Positions 61,923 to 64,000 of a DNA stretch of 64,000 nucleotides are shown here, piece after piece. How positions within the stretch are numbered: the stretch's first letter is position 1; every line of letters starts with the position of its first letter. This DNA is from Felis catus (lineage: Eukaryota), in assembly GCF_018350175.1 (NCBI RefSeq), contig NC_058378.1:45074001-45138000 (forward strand). Reading direction: 5' to 3'. A program made the translations under genes and the position numbers. The notes under the pieces were generated by a model that was not told the origin of the DNA, searched no databases, and saw only the letters and a program-made list of their open reading frames with translations.

Positions 61923-64000
61923 ATCCATGGATGTGTGATGTTGACATGCCGAGGGGCCACAAAACATCTCCAGGAGTCAGGATTTGGTTCCCTGTGGCTG
62001 GGAGGGGTCGGTGTGTGCAGGGTATGTGGGCTCAGTATATACTGTGAGCTCAAATCCCTGAAGCAGAGGAGGAGAAAGCGGAAGGAGGATAGGCAACCAT
62101 AGTTCAGATCACACAAGAAGTTATCACTTCAGACGTAAGACACCCCTGAGTATTTGAACACTTAAAATAAACATTTTTTATTTTTATTTTTCAGAACTGG
62201 TAATTGCCAAGTTGGCAAATTGTCATATGAGAAATTGGCTCACCGTGACTTGATGATGCAGCCAGTTGATCCTTTGCCAAACTGGGTTGTTGCACAAATT
62301 CCACTTGGAGAATTAGTTGGCTCTTCTGAAGGCCTGATGGTCCTGCCCCAGGGGCTGGACTTGATCTTCTGTCTCAGGACAGGTGCCTGTGTTCAAGGGC
62401 TGCTCTGCTGGGGTGCAGGGTGAGCCAGGCCTCTTCTAAGATGGGATGGTTCCCACCTGAGTCATCTTCAACTCATCCAGGCAGTAATGTTCCCTGCGGG
62501 AGTCACTGGAGCCCAGCCCCTCACATCTGGATCCATCCCTGGTTAGGAGGGTCTTGGGCTGTCTTGGGTTTCTTTGCCTGGAAAGAAGACCACCCTCAGT
62601 GATCCACAGGCAGGGCTGAGAGAACAGGAAGCTGGTCACAGCAGGAGCTGGAAGGCCAAAGGGGATGGCCCTGGGCCAGAGCACCAAGGTCAGGGGTCCC
62701 CTCATCTGGTCCTAGGCAGCTTGGCGAGGCCCCTCGCTTTCCCCTTGCTGGGCATTTGGGATCTTTGTCTGGACCCAGTCTTGCCCAGAGATCTGGGGCC
62801 ACAATATGTTGTCACTGGAGCCAAGGTGCTCCTCCCAGGGCAGTGCAACAGGGGAGGAGGGGCAGGGGCTCACGGGCAGGGAGGGTGATGTGGTAAGGGC
62901 AACAGTAGCCAACAGTGGAAGAAAAGCATATCCAGAGGCTGTACTGGGTGGGGCTCTGGACTAGCCCTGGGACCGGAGTCCTGCGGAAGGACTGAGTCCT
63001 AGCAAGGACCTATTGAGGGGCTAGTGAGCTCCAGAGGAGAGGGAGAACAGTATCCCAGGATGGGAACTGGTGTGGAGGGGTCTGTGAGGTCTGGAATCTG
63101 TCCCGGAAACACTGGATGACACCACCATCCTCTCAGGGGAACAAGCCCCTGTGGGGCTGGGGGATACACACCACCTCAGAGGAAACAGGGAAAGAGCTTT
63201 GCTGGGTCCAGGGAGATCCCTGTGGGTCTCTCAGCCCAACTCCCCCCAACTGTGTCCCCAAAGTCCCCCACCCTTGGCAGCACTGCCCTGAGCAGAAGAC
63301 TCTGGAATTCACCTGTGCTGAGGGGAGAACAGTCTTCTGGACCTGCTTAAGCTCCAGAGCCCCTCACTTCACAACCTCTTCTGAGTCCACAGGGTCACAC
63401 ATAGCCATCTGTAATAGTTGCAAGAGTAGTATTATTGTGTTCTTTCTCTCAAAGACGGTTTAATACCCGACCACTCCTGCCAGTGGAGAATGGTGTGTGT
63501 GGCCCTGTGACCCAGAGTTTCTGCTGCCACAGCACCCACTGCCTGCCCCCCCGCCCCCCGCCATGGGGGCCGGCCATAGCTTGGGGCTTCCTAATACCAA
63601 TCAGGAATGTGGGAGGGCCTCAGCCCCATAGGACCCAGGCGGTGAGGGCCTGGAGTCGGGTAAACACTAATTAGGGTTCACCACACCCTCCTGGGCATCT
63701 GTACAGGTTGAGAGAACAGGCATGGGGGCAGGCAGCCTCAGACTCCTGCCCCTGGCCTGGATGGCATGAACAAGGACTTGGGAGGACTTCTTCCATGACT
63801 CCTGGCCACTGGGGTCATAGTCTCCGGCCCTCTGCCCCCGCTACTGGTTGGTCAGGGCTCACTCCCGAACAGCCCCTCTCTAGCACAATCAGTGACAAGA
63901 GGGAGGGAACAGAAGTTTACCAAGAACTTGCACACATGATCCCTCTATCAGTGACATGGCCAGGAAGGCGTGGCTGTCCCCATTTTATAGATGAGGAAAC

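Noticed and set aside
57700-64000. A further gene (FAM25-like or AGAP-like) downstream of ADIRF
   Set aside because: No matching exon found by eye; the region is SINE, LTR and L2-like fragments plus unique GC-rich DNA

Overview
Mammalian genomic DNA from a feliform carnivore, most likely a felid (about 23 tRNA-derived Can-SINE/SINEC_Fc-type insertions); the species cannot be determined. The window is the BMPR1A-MMRN2-SNCG-ADIRF block (human 10q23.2 order). It holds the last 8 coding exons and long 3'UTR of BMPR1A (+), complete MMRN2 (-, 7 coding exons, 921 aa), complete SNCG (+, 5 coding exons, 127 aa, head-to-head with MMRN2) and complete ADIRF (+, 3 exons, 75 aa). I checked every splice junction by hand; all are GT-AG and keep frame. 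The left ~27 kb is AT-rich and full of L1/LTR/SINE fragments; the right part is GC-rich with CpG islands. There is one 137-nt N gap. No prokaryotic system, CRISPR array or structural RNA gene is supported, and I found no clearly new biological system. Best leads: (1) ADIRF is built from strict 11-residue repeats resembling the synuclein repeat of its neighbour SNCG; (2) an E-box/HRE-dense CpG island just 3' of ADIRF (candidate antisense lncRNA promoter); (3) the last BMPR1A intron is 84 nt, in frame, stop-free and holds a perfect internal donor; (4) an ERV1-type solo LTR carries an array of Forkhead motifs inside MMRN2 intron 1; (5) unusual SINE architectures (abutting inverted pair, dimer with one TSD). 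Comparisons with human sequences and repeat-family names are from memory and need database confirmation.
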